Assembly: GCF_902459465.1 (NCBI RefSeq)
Contig: NC_047077.1
Span: 10,912,001-10,976,000, forward strand
Source: Asterias rubens
Lineage: Eukaryota
Direction of reading: 5' to 3'
DNA length: 64,000 nucleotides
Part shown: one piece after another, positions 1 through 11,631 of the stretch
How positions within the stretch are numbered: position 1 is the stretch's first letter
Layout: every line of letters starts with the position of its first letter
Made by a program: the position numbers and the translations under genes
The notes under the pieces: model-generated
What the model was told of the DNA's origin: nothing
The model's input: only the letters and a program-made list of their open reading frames with translations
Database searches by the model: none

Positions 1-44
1 TTTGAGACCGTGACTGAGTACGCTAGACGGCTGAGGCCGCGACT

Positions 45-218
45 CCGGTGTGGCGGTTCCAGTTTTTTCCGCCGTGTTCAGTTTTCCGGGACTCAGTACG
101 GCACTAAAAACTGACTACTTTCGCTTGAGTGTGCGCAGGCGTCGCATGACGTAATGTTACCGTATTTTGGTCATTCGGAAAACTGAACACGGCGGAAAGT
201 TGAAACCGCCACACCGGG
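45..218. mobile_element. Small inverted-repeat (MITE-like) element
   Basis: ccggtgtggcggttccagttttttccgccgtgttcagttttccg (45-88) is the near reverse complement of cggaaaactgaacacggcggaaagttgaaaccgccacaccgg (177-218); a related ccggtgtg inverted pair sits at about 5927-6020. Confidence 0.6.
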
Positions 219-565
219 CCCCAACCTGTTCCGCTTGCGGGACAGCGATTTGGGGCGCACTTGTCTTATGTGACTGCTGGCGAGTTACATGTGTTTGGGA
301 CCTCACACCTCACGCAAGGAAATAAACCAAGAGCTAACCTTATCTATACAAATCCCCAAACTATTTAATAGCTTTAAATAATATCAATTACACCGTTACC
401 TATTTTTTTTTTATAATAATTTATGTCAATTCTTGGAAATATAATTATTATCTTTGAATAATAAAAAATATATATATTTTTATGTTTGCGTGATGGGACC
501 GCTCCATGAACATCTGTTTTGTTTGTACACTCGACGTAGACAATTATTTTGGAATTGAACATGTT

Positions 566-890
566 TTAAAGGCAGTGGACACTATTGTAATTACTCAAAA
601 TAAATACTAGCATAAAATCTTACTTGGTAACGAGTAATGGGGATAGGTTGGTAGTATAAAACATTGTGAGAGAAACGGCTCCCTCTAAAGGAGAGTAGTT
701 TTCGAGAAAGAAGTAAATTTCCACGAATCTGATTTCGAGCCCTAGAATTTAGAATCTGGGGTCCCGAAATCAAGCATCTGAAAGCACACAACTCCGTGTG
801 ACAAGGGTGTTTTTTCTTTCATTATTATCTCGCAACTTCGATGACCGATTGAGCTCATTGACAACTACCATTAGTGCCCAGTGTCTTTCG
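566..890. mobile_element. Kolobok-like MITE family A, internally deleted copy
   Basis: Begins TTAA-AGGCAGTGGACACTATTG; body matches the other family A copies; ends in a degenerate TIR (aactaccattagtgcccagtgtcttt). Confidence 0.75.
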
Positions 891-949
891 GGAAAAAAAG
901 GGGTGTCGGATTCCGAAATTCCGAATTCTACGAGGTATCCAAGAAAGGT

Positions 950-1062
950 CTAAAATGCATATGGTTGGAAAGTTAAAAGTAGAATACAATGATCCACACA
1001 AGTTTGCCTCGAAATTGCACGGTTTTCTTTTTACTGTGCGAACTAACACGGTCGGCCATTTA
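950..1062. mobile_element. Left arm only of palindromic MITE family G
   Basis: atgcatatgg..aaaagtagaatacaatgatccacacaag..ctaacacggtcggccatt matches the left half of the full copy at 13464-13829. Confidence 0.7.
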
Positions 1063-1089
1063 TTAAGTCAAAAATTTGCTCAAAGAGTC

Positions 1090-1560
1090 TCTAAGTGAAA
1101 AAGGGTTTGAAAATTAGTGGTGTAGTTCTTGAGGTTTTTTCCCACTTCCGGTTGACCCTGAAGTAGAGGTCAACAAGGAGTCACAATTGTTCAAAGTTAA
1201 TATTTAACGCAAAGGAGTCTGTAACTGAAAAAAGGGTTTGAAAATCGGTTGTATAGTTCTTGAGATATGGTCCCACCTCCGGTTGACCCGGAAGTAGAGG
1301 TCAACATGAGGTCCCGGAAACTGGAACAAGCTTGAAATAGGTTGTATAGGTCTTGAGATCTGGTCCCAATTCAGGTTGACCCAGAAGTAGAGGTCAACAT
1401 GGGCTCACGGTCCCTTTTCAAAGTAAGAATTTAAAAGGAGTCTATAACTGAAACAAAAAATGAAAATTGATTGTGTAGATAACTGAAACAAAAAAAGGGC
1501 CAACTTCCGATTGACCCAGTAGTATACTTTTTGAGATATGGCGCTGCTAAGATTTACTAA
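1090..1560. repeat. Degenerate tandem array of about 95-135 bp units built around ttgacc(c/g)gaagtagaggtcaa
   Basis: The core ggttgaccc.gaagtagaggtcaac recurs near 1150, 1280 and 1373, and partially near 1510, each with aaggagtct(g/a)taactgaaa or tagttcttgag context. Confidence 0.75.
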
Positions 1561-1702
1561 TTAAATATGCAAATGAAGATCACATGGTTAATTAACTAAG
1601 AATTATAAACCAAAATTACGTTTAGAGTAAAGCTAATTTACAAAGCTTCAATTTTATAAATGATTTAACTCTTTTATCTTTATTAGGATATATTAGGCGT
1701 AG

Positions 1703-2080
1703 AGACACTGGACACTATTGGTAAATGTCAAAGACCAGTCTTCTCACTTGGCGTATCTCAACATATGCATAAAATAACAAACCTGTGAAAACTTGGGCTC
1801 AATCGGTCGTCCAAGTTGCGAGATAATAATGACAAAAAAAACACCCTTGTCACACGAAGTTGTGCGCTTTCATCGATTTCGAGACCTCAAATTCTAAATC
1901 TGAGGTCTCGAAATCAAATTAGTGGAAAATTGCTTCTTTCTCTAAAACTACATTACTTTAGAGGGAGCTGTTTCTCACAATGTTTTATACAATCGACCTC
2001 TCCCCATTACTCGTTACCAAAGAAGGTTTTATGCTAATCATTATTTTGAGTAATTACCAATAGTGTCCATCTGACTTTAA
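1703..2080. mobile_element. Kolobok-like MITE family A
   Basis: agacactggacactattggtaa ... taattaccaatagtgtccatctgactttaa; about 380 bp, collinear with other copies. Confidence 0.8.
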
Positions 2081-3227
2081 AGAAAAAACGTGCACAAATC
2101 TTTTGAGGTTTTAGGCGGAAACAAAGAATAATAATACAAAAATATCTCGACGAAAACAATACCTGTTCCGACAGTATAGGTCGGAACAGCTAAACAGTTT
2201 TACAATAGAAATCATAAAACAAAGGCCTGGCAGAAAACTGTCAAATAATTCTGATCGGGTTTCATATCGATTGCCAATCATTTTGGGGATACCATTGGAA
2301 ACAGAACGTTGATACACTGCATGCTGTTGGAGTTGGTTTGCTTGTTTGATTGTTTTTGTTTTTAGTTTTTTTTTTTGCAAACAGAGCTTTCAAATGGAAA
2401 ACGTTGGAGTTGTGTTGAAGTGTTGCGCAGTTATATGTTGGAATTAGGTCAGCGGTCTGATGTTTCGTCGTCAAACCATTTATAACAAGAATCATACTAC
2501 GACAAATGAGTCAGGGGATATGACCAAAATGTGGTTAAGTGTGTCTGTCTGGTCATAAAATAAGTTAAAATGTCTTTGCTTGTTAGTTATAGGACAAGTT
2601 TGATGGTCAGAATCATCGCTAATGCTGAAGCTTTTTATAGGAATTGACAGTCAAATGCCAGTAATCCCGAAAATACAGTTATATCATTGTTCCTCCATGG
2701 TTATATCAATGACACGATCACGTTAAATGTTAAGCCAACATTGAGCCAACGTTGAGCCAACATTGACATAAATGCAAATTTATGGGCGGGGCTTAGAATT
2801 GTGTGAATATTTACTTTGATAATATCACAACAATTTGGGTGAGTTTAAGTTATCCAAGGCAAATTTGTGTATAATTCTTTTGTAAGAAAATATGAACATC
2901 AAAAGTACAAACAAACATTTGTAATTCAACCATGTTAATTAAGAAGTACACAATTTGAGTTAACAACAACAGTCTATGGATCCTGGACTATAAATACAAA
3001 ACCAAAAATTGCAGAACAGGATGCATAGACATGTATTATAGGTTGTAGTCAGTTTAGAAAGTAAACTATTTAGTTATTGGTAAATTACATGTAAATAATA
3101 ACTGAAAAGTAGATGTTCACAGATAACTACTTAAATTAATCATAAAGCTCATTCAGTTCATGAACAGAAATATAATCCCAAAGTCAATATTTTTGAATAA
3201 TTATACGTTGTCTCAACGTTGGGGCAT

Positions 3228-3690
3228 GGTTTAGCCAACATAAAGATTAGTAGTGGGGCCAACTTGAACATTGGCCCAACGTTATGCCAATGAGCAAAAG
3301 AACATTGGGCCAATATTGGTAATCAACATTGGCCAAACATAAACATTTCATTGGTTCTACGTTGGCCAATGTTTGCGTTGGGCCAACGTCCAATTTTAAC
3401 ATTGGCTCAACGTAACTCCTATGAGCAAAAGTATGTTGGGCCAACGTCGACAACCAACGTTGGCCCAATGAAACTGTTCTGTTGGCAGAATGATGTTGGC
3501 TCAATGTTTGATTACGTTGGCCTGATATTGGTTCAATGTTTTAACATACATGGGCAAGACATTGGCCCAATGTTGGGCCAATTTTTACATTGGCCCAACA
3601 TAAGACCGATAAGCAAAAGTACGTTGGGCCAATGTTGACAGCCAATGTTGGTCCAATGAAAGTGTTCCGTTGGCCCAACGTTGGTTCTAT
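3228..3690. repeat. Array of self-complementary ttggcccaa(c/t)gttgggccaa motifs
   Basis: Many variants of ttgg(c/g)ccaa and ccaacgttgg in both orientations; a shorter related run lies at about 2728-2765. Confidence 0.8.
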
Positions 3691-4071
3691 GTTGTGATGC
3701 TGTGATGAACACCGTGTCGGAGCGTGGTGCAGTCTGCGTGAAAACCATACCTTTTACCAGTGAATGAAAGAGTTATTATAATAGGCCGTGCCAGAAGTGG
3801 TGGCTACAGCTGCGGCTACCTCTAGATTTCTGCGTCATTGTCCGTTGAAACGGTCTCAGCAATCGTAGCCGTAGCTGCAGCTGCCACTAGACCTGTATCA
3901 CGGTGCAGCCATCTTGAATTTCTCCCATTAATATAAATGTTACCAAACCGAGGCTGGAAGAACAAAATAGTCTGGTTCCTTATTACAAGATGATTTTTAT
4001 CGAGGCCTGTGTGACCAGGCCTTCACTAGGGTGGGATTTGAACCCACGACCTTTTGCAAGTATGGCGTTAT

Positions 4072-5301
4072 TTAGGCTTGCTCATCCATGTCGACGGTGA
4101 ATGTGGTATCTTCTCTCTCCACAGTGGTCTTCATACACGGACACATCGTAGCTTTCATAGCCCTTCTGAATCTCTTGTACTTGATGGCGTAAATCATGGG
4201 ATTCACCACCGAGTTGCAGACAGTGGTGATCCTGAAGATGTTACCGATGTGAGAGCCAGTGAAGTCAATAGAGATGTCGTAGAGGAGTAAGACATTCCCC
4301 ATCTCTGACGGGAGCAGCAGGACGACGAACAGGGCGGAGATAATGATGAGGCTCTGGACGACACGACGGGTTGCCTTGTACACCTCCATCCCCCGCTGCT
4401 CGTTAGCATGCTCGTTGGCCTGCTCAGTGTTCTGCCCGTTGCCCTGCTCGGTGTTCTGCCCGTTGCCCTGCTCGGTGTTCTGCCCGTTGCCCTGCTCGGT
4501 CTTCTGCTCGTTGCCCTGCTCGGTGTTCTGCCAGTTGCCTTGCTCATCAGTGAACTCCCCGTTGCTCTGCCCGTTGCCCTGCCTAATGCGTTGACTGGTG
4601 CGATGTGTTTTCTGGTAAAGTTCCCCTTTGCGCAATGTTCTGATGATTTTGTAGTACGCCCATATCAGGAAGATCAGCGGCAAGATGAAGCTGACTGTGA
4701 AGGATTTGATGAAGAGCATCTTCGCAAACCAGGCAGGTCCGAGGCCAAGGAAATCACAATCGTTCGCCTCATCAGAGTAGTGAGATCGTATTGGAAACTC
4801 TAGTTCCAGAATGAAGGCGAACACCCACGCCGACGCAGCGAGCATCAGCCCCCGACGAACCGTGAAGACCCTCGCGTAGAAAAACGGATGCACGATGGCC
4901 AAGTATCGGTCGAATGTCACAACAACCAGGTTGAACACTGAAGCAAAAAAAGCAGACCAGAAGAGGTGGAGATTCCAAAAAAAACGGCAGTAAACCTCAC
5001 CCCAAAAGCCGCTGCTGATGTTGACCGGGAAGGGGTGGCCTTCCGCTACGAACATGGTCGTTATGAGGAAGAAAAAACAGCAGAGGAAATCTGACATGGC
5101 CAGGCTTGCGATGAGATAGTGGGTGATGTCGTGGAGGAATTTCGACCTGAGCACGGTCGTGCAGACGGCCGTGTTTCCCGCCAAGCCGATGATACCCACG
5201 ATAAAATTGAGCACGATAAAGAACGTCGTGGTTCCATCAATGGTAGTAATTGGAATAGTGGTGGAATTTGCTTCTTCTTCTAACGTTGAATTGAAATCCA
5301 T
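4072..5301 (-). CDS. Intronless class A (rhodopsin-like) GPCR, orphan, about 409 aa
   Basis: Likely start MDFNSTLEEE at 5301 (N-glycosylation sequons NST), inside the 4072-5433 ORF. Seven hydrophobic segments with GN (TM1), LAxSD (TM2), the ECL1/TM3 Cys, FDRY, a TM4 W, the TM5 P, NPMIY (TM7) and helix 8 YKRFRRAM. Confidence 0.92.
   Translation of the reverse strand: MDFNSTLEEEANSTTIPITTIDGTTTFFIVLNFIVGIIGLAGNTAVCTTVLRSKFLHDITHYLIASLAMSDFLCCFFFLITTMFVAEGHPFPVNISSGFWGEVYCRFFWNLHLFWSAFFASVFNLVVVTFDRYLAIVHPFFYARVFTVRRGLMLAASAWVFAFILELEFPIRSHYSDEANDCDFLGLGPAWFAKMLFIKSFTVSFILPLIFLIWAYYKIIRTLRKGELYQKTHRTSQRIRQGNGQSNGEFTDEQGNWQNTEQGNEQKTEQGNGQNTEQGNGQNTEQGNGQNTEQANEHANEQRGMEVYKATRRVVQSLIIISALFVVLLLPSEMGNVLLLYDISIDFTGSHIGNIFRITTVCNSVVNPMIYAIKYKRFRRAMKATMCPCMKTTVEREDTTFTVDMDEQA
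4395..4582 (-). repeat. Coding 24-bp tandem repeat (EQGNGQNT)n in the GPCR third intracellular loop
   Basis: ccgttgccctgctcggtgttctgc repeated about 7 times with variants; translation QGNWQNTEQGNEQKTEQGNGQNTEQGNGQNTEQGNGQNTEQANEHANEQ. Confidence 0.95.
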
Positions 5302-5479
5302 GGTGAGACAAAAACTAGGATCCCTGAGTCTGCAACAAAACATATAAAAATGTTGCACCAGTATGAAAATATTTGTTGTTAAATTTATTTTTACGAATGA
5401 GTCTCTGCACTGAAAAACAAGTTCACCAAACACGCTCTAAAAACTTCCAGGTCAGAATTAACCCTGATCCGGTTCTTGT

Positions 5480-5735
5480 GTAGACTTGTGGACAAGTCGG
5501 TAAATGTCTGTCGCGGTGATAGCGTTCCGCCGAATCCCGCGATTCCCGCGGTATTCTCGCGAGACTTCTGGCCCCGCTAGACTACTGTTCTCACGACTAC
5601 CGGTCCGTTAAAGGGGGGGGGGGGTAAACGTAGTCGGCAACCGTGCAGTTCGCGCGAGAGCAATGATCTCGTGAGAGCACCGCCACAACTCGACTATCTG
5701 GCAGACCATCAACGACTTGTTCACAAGTCTAGTTG
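5480..5735. mobile_element. GC-rich inverted-repeat element upstream of the GPCR
   Basis: tagacttgtggacaagtcg (about 5481) pairs with cgacttgttcacaagtcta (about 5713-5731). Confidence 0.5.
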
Positions 5736-6019
5736 TTGTGCCTGAGCCATTTCTAGATCAGTATGATCCGGACGCGCGTGACCTGGACACAGTCTCCGAA
5801 ATAGTCGAAATGACGCAGATTGAGAAAAAAACACTTGTTTTATACAATTTTCCGTCCACCAGGCTACGCTACATTTTGTCAACAGTCCGTTTAATAGGGT
5901 CCGTTCGTTTAGCTTACCTGGGTCGACCCCGGTGTGTGACGGGGTTTTTTTCCAGGACAAACGTCTGCAGATAATTACCCACGTTCGTTCTGGAAAAAAA
6001 AACCGCCACACACCGCGGG

Positions 6020-6391
6020 GTAGCCATTGGACCCTTTCGGTTAAAAAAAAAAAAAAAAGTTCACAGATTTACAAATAACTTACAGGGTTTACAGAAGGCA
6101 ATGGTGAAAGACTTCTCTTGAAATATTATTCCATGAAATGCTTTACTTTTTGAGAAAACAGCAAAACAATATAAATTCTCGTTAACGAGAATTACGGATT
6201 TATTTGAAACACACGTCATGACACGGCGAAACGCGCGGAAACAAGGGTGGGTTTTTCCGTTGTTTTCTCCCGACTCCGATGACCGATTGAGCCTAAATTT
6301 TCACAGGTTTGTTATTTGATATAGAAGTTGTGGTACACAAAGTGTGGGCCTTGGACAACACTTTTTACCGAAAGGGTCCAATGGCTTTAAC
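6020..6391. mobile_element. Kolobok-like MITE family B
   Basis: agccattggaccctttcgg ... ccgaaagggtccaatggctttaa TIRs; body shared with other B copies. Confidence 0.8.
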
Positions 6392-6674
6392 GAACGCACC
6401 CATAATAAAGTGTATAATATGCTGTATGACATATGAGTAGCTCAATCAAAGCGCCGCGTACTTATTTTTTGCAATTCCACAACTGTACAATGAAGTAGGC
6501 CATCCAAATAAACAACAATGGCACGGCCTGTATAGCCATTGTACAAGGTTAGTGTACAAGGCCATCTGGAAACCATGACCCTTTTCGAATGACTGGATAC
6601 GCACCAAGGGTTTCAGACGAGAGAACGGAGCCTCAAGCAGATCTCAAAGTAGACTTGGCTCAATTCCCAATGGG

Positions 6675-6815
6675 AGACTTTCTGGGACGATAGAGGGCAG
6701 CAGACTTACCGGGTAAATCCATTGTTCTCAGAATTATGCGCATGTTCAGAACTACGTAAACAATGGAAATTTACCCGGTATGTCTGCTGCCACCTAGCGT
6801 TGGAAAGTCTCCTAT
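6675..6815. mobile_element. Short palindromic MITE
   Basis: ggagactttc..gcagcagacttaccgggtaaatccattgtt pairs with aacaatggaaatttacccggtatgtctgctgc..gaaagtctcc. Confidence 0.6.
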
Positions 6816-7075
6816 TCCGTGCCATCCCCGGGAAAATACTGTTTTGTGATGCTCGGCATTTCAAAACCTGTTCCGCATGCGTGGTTTCGAGAAGGGCCTT
6901 TGGTTTAATACAGTAATCACATAGGTTATTAAGTAGTGTTCATAGGTTTTGGAGGTACGTCGGCCGGTCGAACACGTTCACGAAACCCTCGGTAAGCTAA
7001 TCGCGCTATTCAAAGGCGAATGAATAGACTGCGTGCTGGTGACATACCGAGTAAACAGCCAACGTGAGTTGAGAC

Positions 7076-8425
7076 GGTTACACACCTATATTCCGACACC
7101 CCTATGTTCCGACACCCCTATGTTCCGACACCCCTATATTCCGACACCCCTATGTTCCGACACCCCTATATTCCGACACCCCTATGTTCCGACACCCCTA
7201 TATTCCGACACCCCTATGTTCCGACACCCCTATATTCCGACACCCCTATGTTCCGACACCCCTATATTCCGACACCCCTATGTTCCGACACCCCTATGTT
7301 CCGACAAAGTTATTTTCTTACATTATTACTACATGTATGTTGATCAATAACAAAAACACGACTTGTATTACAGTCAGGTTTCCCGGCGAATTTCGGCCGG
7401 GAATAGGTTTGAACATTCATAAGTTGAATTTGTACTGTTTTTAAAAGTGATGGAATCAAATTAAGATAATCGAATCACACATGATTTTGTTGCTTGTTTG
7501 TGTGGTTATAAACATGAGTTATGGCTCCCCGAGTTAGCTGGCAATAAAATACTCAGTACTTTGCTAATGTTAGATGCGTGTCCGTGTTGATAACATTTCA
7601 CGAGCCTTCAATTTATAACAACTCCAACCCTCCCCTGCGTTTATTGCGCCGATGTGTAATTTCTTTCATTTGCCCCCCCCCCCCCCCCCCCACCAAAAAA
7701 AAAAATTAATATTAATAATAATAAAAATATGCTAGTAATTATAAGAATACATAGAATGCATATGATTAGAAAGATATTTTAAAAGTAGAATATAATGATC
7801 CACACAAGTATCACTCGAAATTGAGTGGTTTTCCTTTTACCTCGTCGACAAACACGGTCGGCCATTTATGGGAGTCAAATGTTTGACTCCCATAAATGGC
7901 CGACCGTGTTAGTTTTTAAAGTAAAAGGAAAACCACGCAATTTCGAGGCAAACGTGTGTGGATCATTGTATTATACTTTTAAAACATCTTTCTAACCATA
8001 TGCATTTTATAACAAACGGTTACAAACGCTTTTCAAAGACCAACTCGACCGATCCAAGGCAACGTGTTCCTTTAAGACCACTCCCTCCATTACTCAGTCC
8101 TCTTCTAAATAAACCAAAGTTGCTATTTTTTAATAGCAGAATAACACTTTTCATACAATTAATTAAACTCCTCTGGGGGACTACATAAAGTTAGGTTACC
8201 GGTACGTTTATGCACTCAGTTGCGGTCAGGTGTAGTTTCTTTCGCACCGTTTTTCTTTAAAAATTGCTAACACGTAACACAAAATATTGGTGCAGGTTGT
8301 CGGAACATAGGGGTGTCGGAACATAGGGGTGTTTGGGTCGTTGGAATATAAGGGTGCCGGAACATAGGGGTGTCGGAATATAGGGATGTCGGAACATAGG
8401 GATGTCGGAATATAGAGCAGTCACC
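7076..8425. mobile_element. Non-autonomous TIR element whose arms are 16-bp tandem arrays, 8-bp TSD (Merlin-like)
   Basis: GTTGAGAC at 7068-7075 and 8426-8433 flanks GG..CC termini. Left arm has about 13 copies of CCGACACCCCTAT(G/A)TT (7085-7305); right arm is the reverse-complement array (8299-8414). Confidence 0.75.
7745..8075. mobile_element. Palindromic MITE family G (left end eroded), inside the Merlin-like element
   Basis: Central hairpin acacggtcggccatttatgggagtcaaa/tttgactcccataaatggccgaccgtgt; ends ggcaacgtgttcctttaa. Confidence 0.75.
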
Positions 8426-8606
8426 GTTGAGACAGTCCTGCACTGTTTGTGTTGTGTCACGAGCACATCGTCTATTCATTCGCATTTTAATAGCGCGGGT
8501 AAGCTTCGGGTGTTTCGTCATCACAGAGGCCGATAAATGAATATTCACCCTGCTGTAATGAATCAAGGTCAATTATCCACACTACTATACTAAGCTTCAA
8601 GTTATA

Positions 8607-8989
8607 CTAAAGACGCTGGACACTATTGGTAATTGTCAAAGACTAGCCTTCGCAGTTAGTGTATCTCATCAACATAAAAAAAAATATACATAAAATGACA
8701 AACCTGTGAAAATTTGAGCTCAATCAGTCGTCGAAGTTGCGAGATAATAATGAAAGAAAAAACACCCAAAGCACACGAAGTTGTGTGCTTTCAGATGCTT
8801 GATTTCGGGACCTCATTAATATGAGGTATCGAAATCAAATTCGTTGAAAATTACTTCTTTCTCGAAAACCACATTGTACTTTACTGACAATGTTTTTTAC
8901 TTTCAACCTCTCCGATCTCTCCAATACCTAGAAAGGTTTTATGCTATTAATTATTTTGAGGAAGTACCAAAAGTGTCCACTGCCTTTAA
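8607..8989. mobile_element. Kolobok-like MITE family A
   Basis: agacgctggacactattggtaattgtcaaagac ... gtgtccactgcctttaa. Confidence 0.8.
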
Positions 8990-9364
8990 AGCCATTGGAC
9001 ACTTTTGGTAAATAGTATTGTCCAAACCCACACTTCGTGTATCACAACTGGTATAAAAAATAACAAACCTGTGAAAATGAAGGCTCAATCGGTCATCGGA
9101 GTCGGGAGAAAATAAAAAACGGGGAAAACTCACCCTTGTTTCCGCACGTTTCGCCGTGTCATGACATGGGTTTAAAATAAATCCGTAATTCTCGACAACG
9201 AGAATTGATAATTGTTTTAATGTTTTCTCGAAAAGTAAAGCATTTCATGGAATAATATTTCAAGAGAAGTCTTTCACCATTACCTTATGTAAACCCTGTA
9301 AGTTATTTGTAAATCTGTGACCTTTTTTTTTTTGTCTGTGCCGAACGTGTATAATGGCTTTAAA
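8986..9364. mobile_element. Kolobok-like MITE family B sharing its TTAA with the preceding family A copy
   Basis: cctTTAAagccattggacac ... gtgtataatggctttaa. Confidence 0.8.
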
Positions 9365-10410
9365 CGTGTGCATGCACATACAACAAACAGATACCGATAA
9401 CGATACCGTGCAGCCAAAGAAAGCAAAAATAAGGTGTGTAGATTGAAGGTGTGGAAAATTCTCATTTTTGTATTTGTTTTATTACATCTTGGTTGTTCTA
9501 TTATATAGGCCTATACAGGCGTTTCAAAGTTCCTTTTTTAAATGTAATCTTAAAGCTATTGTTCATACCAAATACAAATTTGGTGTGCCATTTAGACATT
9601 GTCTACAACTCTGCCCAAATTCTTGCTTGTACGTAAAAATCCATTTTGTTTCCCTCACAAAAGTCACTTAACTGCCTTACCAAAATAATAGCTTAAAGAC
9701 ACTGGACACTACCCAGCCCAGTCACTTGGTGTATCTGAACATTATGCATAGACTAACAAACCTGTGATAAATTGAGCTCAACTGATCGTCGAGGTTGCAA
9801 GAATACTTGCAGCCTTTGATTTTAAATAATGCCAAATGCATTTGGTCAAATGAACTATAATATCTGGACGGGTTGTGCTAGGAATAAAACGGTGGTTTTG
9901 AATAGGGGTGAAAGTCACATCAATCGGGGACATTTTAGGAGTCACGAGAACTTAGTTAAAACCCCCAAGACCAGTTTTCTCCTGAAGACAAGCAGTTCAC
10001 TGTTCGAAACGTCGAGACCACACCCGACTACACACGGTGCCAACAACACTCCCTCAATTGCAAAAGAGATCTTAAACAATATGGCTGTACCTGCACGTTT
10101 TCCACACCATGCAAAGCTTAAAAAAACATTTACTTTTTTCACATGTTTTGTAACAAGGGAGTTTTAGACTAGAAAAAACACCTCTCAAAAACTGTAGCAA
10201 TTCAGGCCAAAATTTTCACTTACCAGAAATTGTACTTTAGGCAGTATAATATTCGTTGTTTTCGTTCACCAGTATGTTATGCCGCGACACTCATAGGATT
10301 CTCTTTTTATACTGTAAAAGGGCAAATGTTCAAGGCCAATGGAGCACGAGCACCAGTAACTCCAACAGTTCCAGCTGAACGGAAATTTGAAGCCACGATA
10401 GAATAATTAT

Positions 10411-11125
10411 TTAAGCTGTATCTCCATTGGTAGTTACTCAAAATAATTAGCATAAAACCTTACTTGGTAACGAGTAATTGGGAGAGGTTGGTATGTATAA
10501 AGCATTGTGAGAAACGGCTCCCTCTGAACTAATTCGAGAAAGAAGTAATTTGCCACGAATTCGATTTCGAGACCTCAGATTTAGAATTTGAGGTCTCGAA
10601 ATCAAGCACCTGAAAGCACACAACTTCGTGCGACAAAGGTGGTTTTTCTTTCATTATTATCTCGCAATTTCGCTGCCCGATTGGGCTCAAATTTTCACAC
10701 AGGTTGCTAATTGTGTGCATATTATGTTGAGGTACACCAGCAAGTGGGAAGACTGGTCTTTGACAATTTTTACCAATAGTGTCAAATGCCTTGTCTCCAT
10801 TGGCAACTCAACAAAGTTATTAGCATTGTGACCTTACTGAAATAATTAATTAGCAATTAAAACCTTACTAATGAGTAATGGGAAACTACTGGTTAGTACT
10901 ACAAAGTTGCGAGAAACGGCTCCCTCTGAAGTGCATAGTGTCGAGAAAGGAGTATTTTCCATGAATTTGATTTCGAGACCTCAGATTTAGATTTTGAGGT
11001 CTCGAAATCAAGCATCTGAAAGCACACAATTTCGTGTAATGTGACAAGGGCGTTTTTTCTTATTATTATCTCGCTTCGACGACCAATATTGAGCTCAAAT
11101 TTTCACTGGTTTGTTATTTTATGTT
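10411..11125. mobile_element. Two adjacent eroded family A copies
   Basis: Both contain gaatttgatttcgagacctcagatttaga.tttgaggtctcgaaatcaagca and the shared flanking body sequence. Confidence 0.7.
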
Positions 11126-11393
11126 TTCACGAGGAAGAAGAAAATAAAGGGGATATAGTAAGAGTATAGTCTTAATAGTTCCAATGTATTTTATATTGTA
11201 TTTTATTTAAGTTTAAGACATCAAAATAAGAAACCACAAGGATCTCTATATGCTTTTTACTTTAAAGGTTTTAGCGGTGTTTGCAACCTATGCCCTAAGG
11301 CTAACTTGTTTAAGTATACAGCCCGCCCTAGCAAAGTTTGTTTGTCACTCGAGTTTGAATGGGTATTATACTTCTAGCTGTGTCACGCTACAG

Positions 11394-11631
11394 GGCCAAA
11401 TATGCTATAAGCAGACAAATTTGCTGAGCATGAACGTATACTTTCTTTATAAAACCAGGGTTACCAACTGAATTTCCATTCGTTTCATATTGCCTGGCAC
11501 TAGTATTCAGCTGTTGTTTGTTTATCCTGAAAATTATGTAAAAATTCGGTTGGTAATCCTGTTTTTATCAAGGAAGAAAGTTCATGCTAAGCAATGAACT
11601 GTTGTGCTTATCAGCTCTATGAAATTGGGCC
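11394..11631. mobile_element. Harbinger-like MITE family F
   Basis: ggccaaat ... gctctatgaaattgggcc flanked by CAG at 11391-11393 and 11632-11634. Confidence 0.7.

Noticed and set aside
4054-4803. Plus-strand and alternative-frame ORFs (LLGVLPVA, SVFCPLPC, ATGRTPSR repeats)
   Set aside because: Antisense or off-frame readings of the GPCR ICL3 repeat.
5302-5433. N-terminal 44 aa of the 453-aa ORF as part of the GPCR
   Set aside because: Non-ATG start and AT-rich, UTR-like sequence; MDFNST at 5301 gives a typical glycosylated N-terminus.
7085-7305. Regular 16-bp repeats as a CRISPR array or as ORFs (MFRHPYIPTPLCSDTP...)
   Set aside because: The units are contiguous with no spacers, the context is eukaryotic, and the ORFs are just translations of the repeat; explained as transposon arms.
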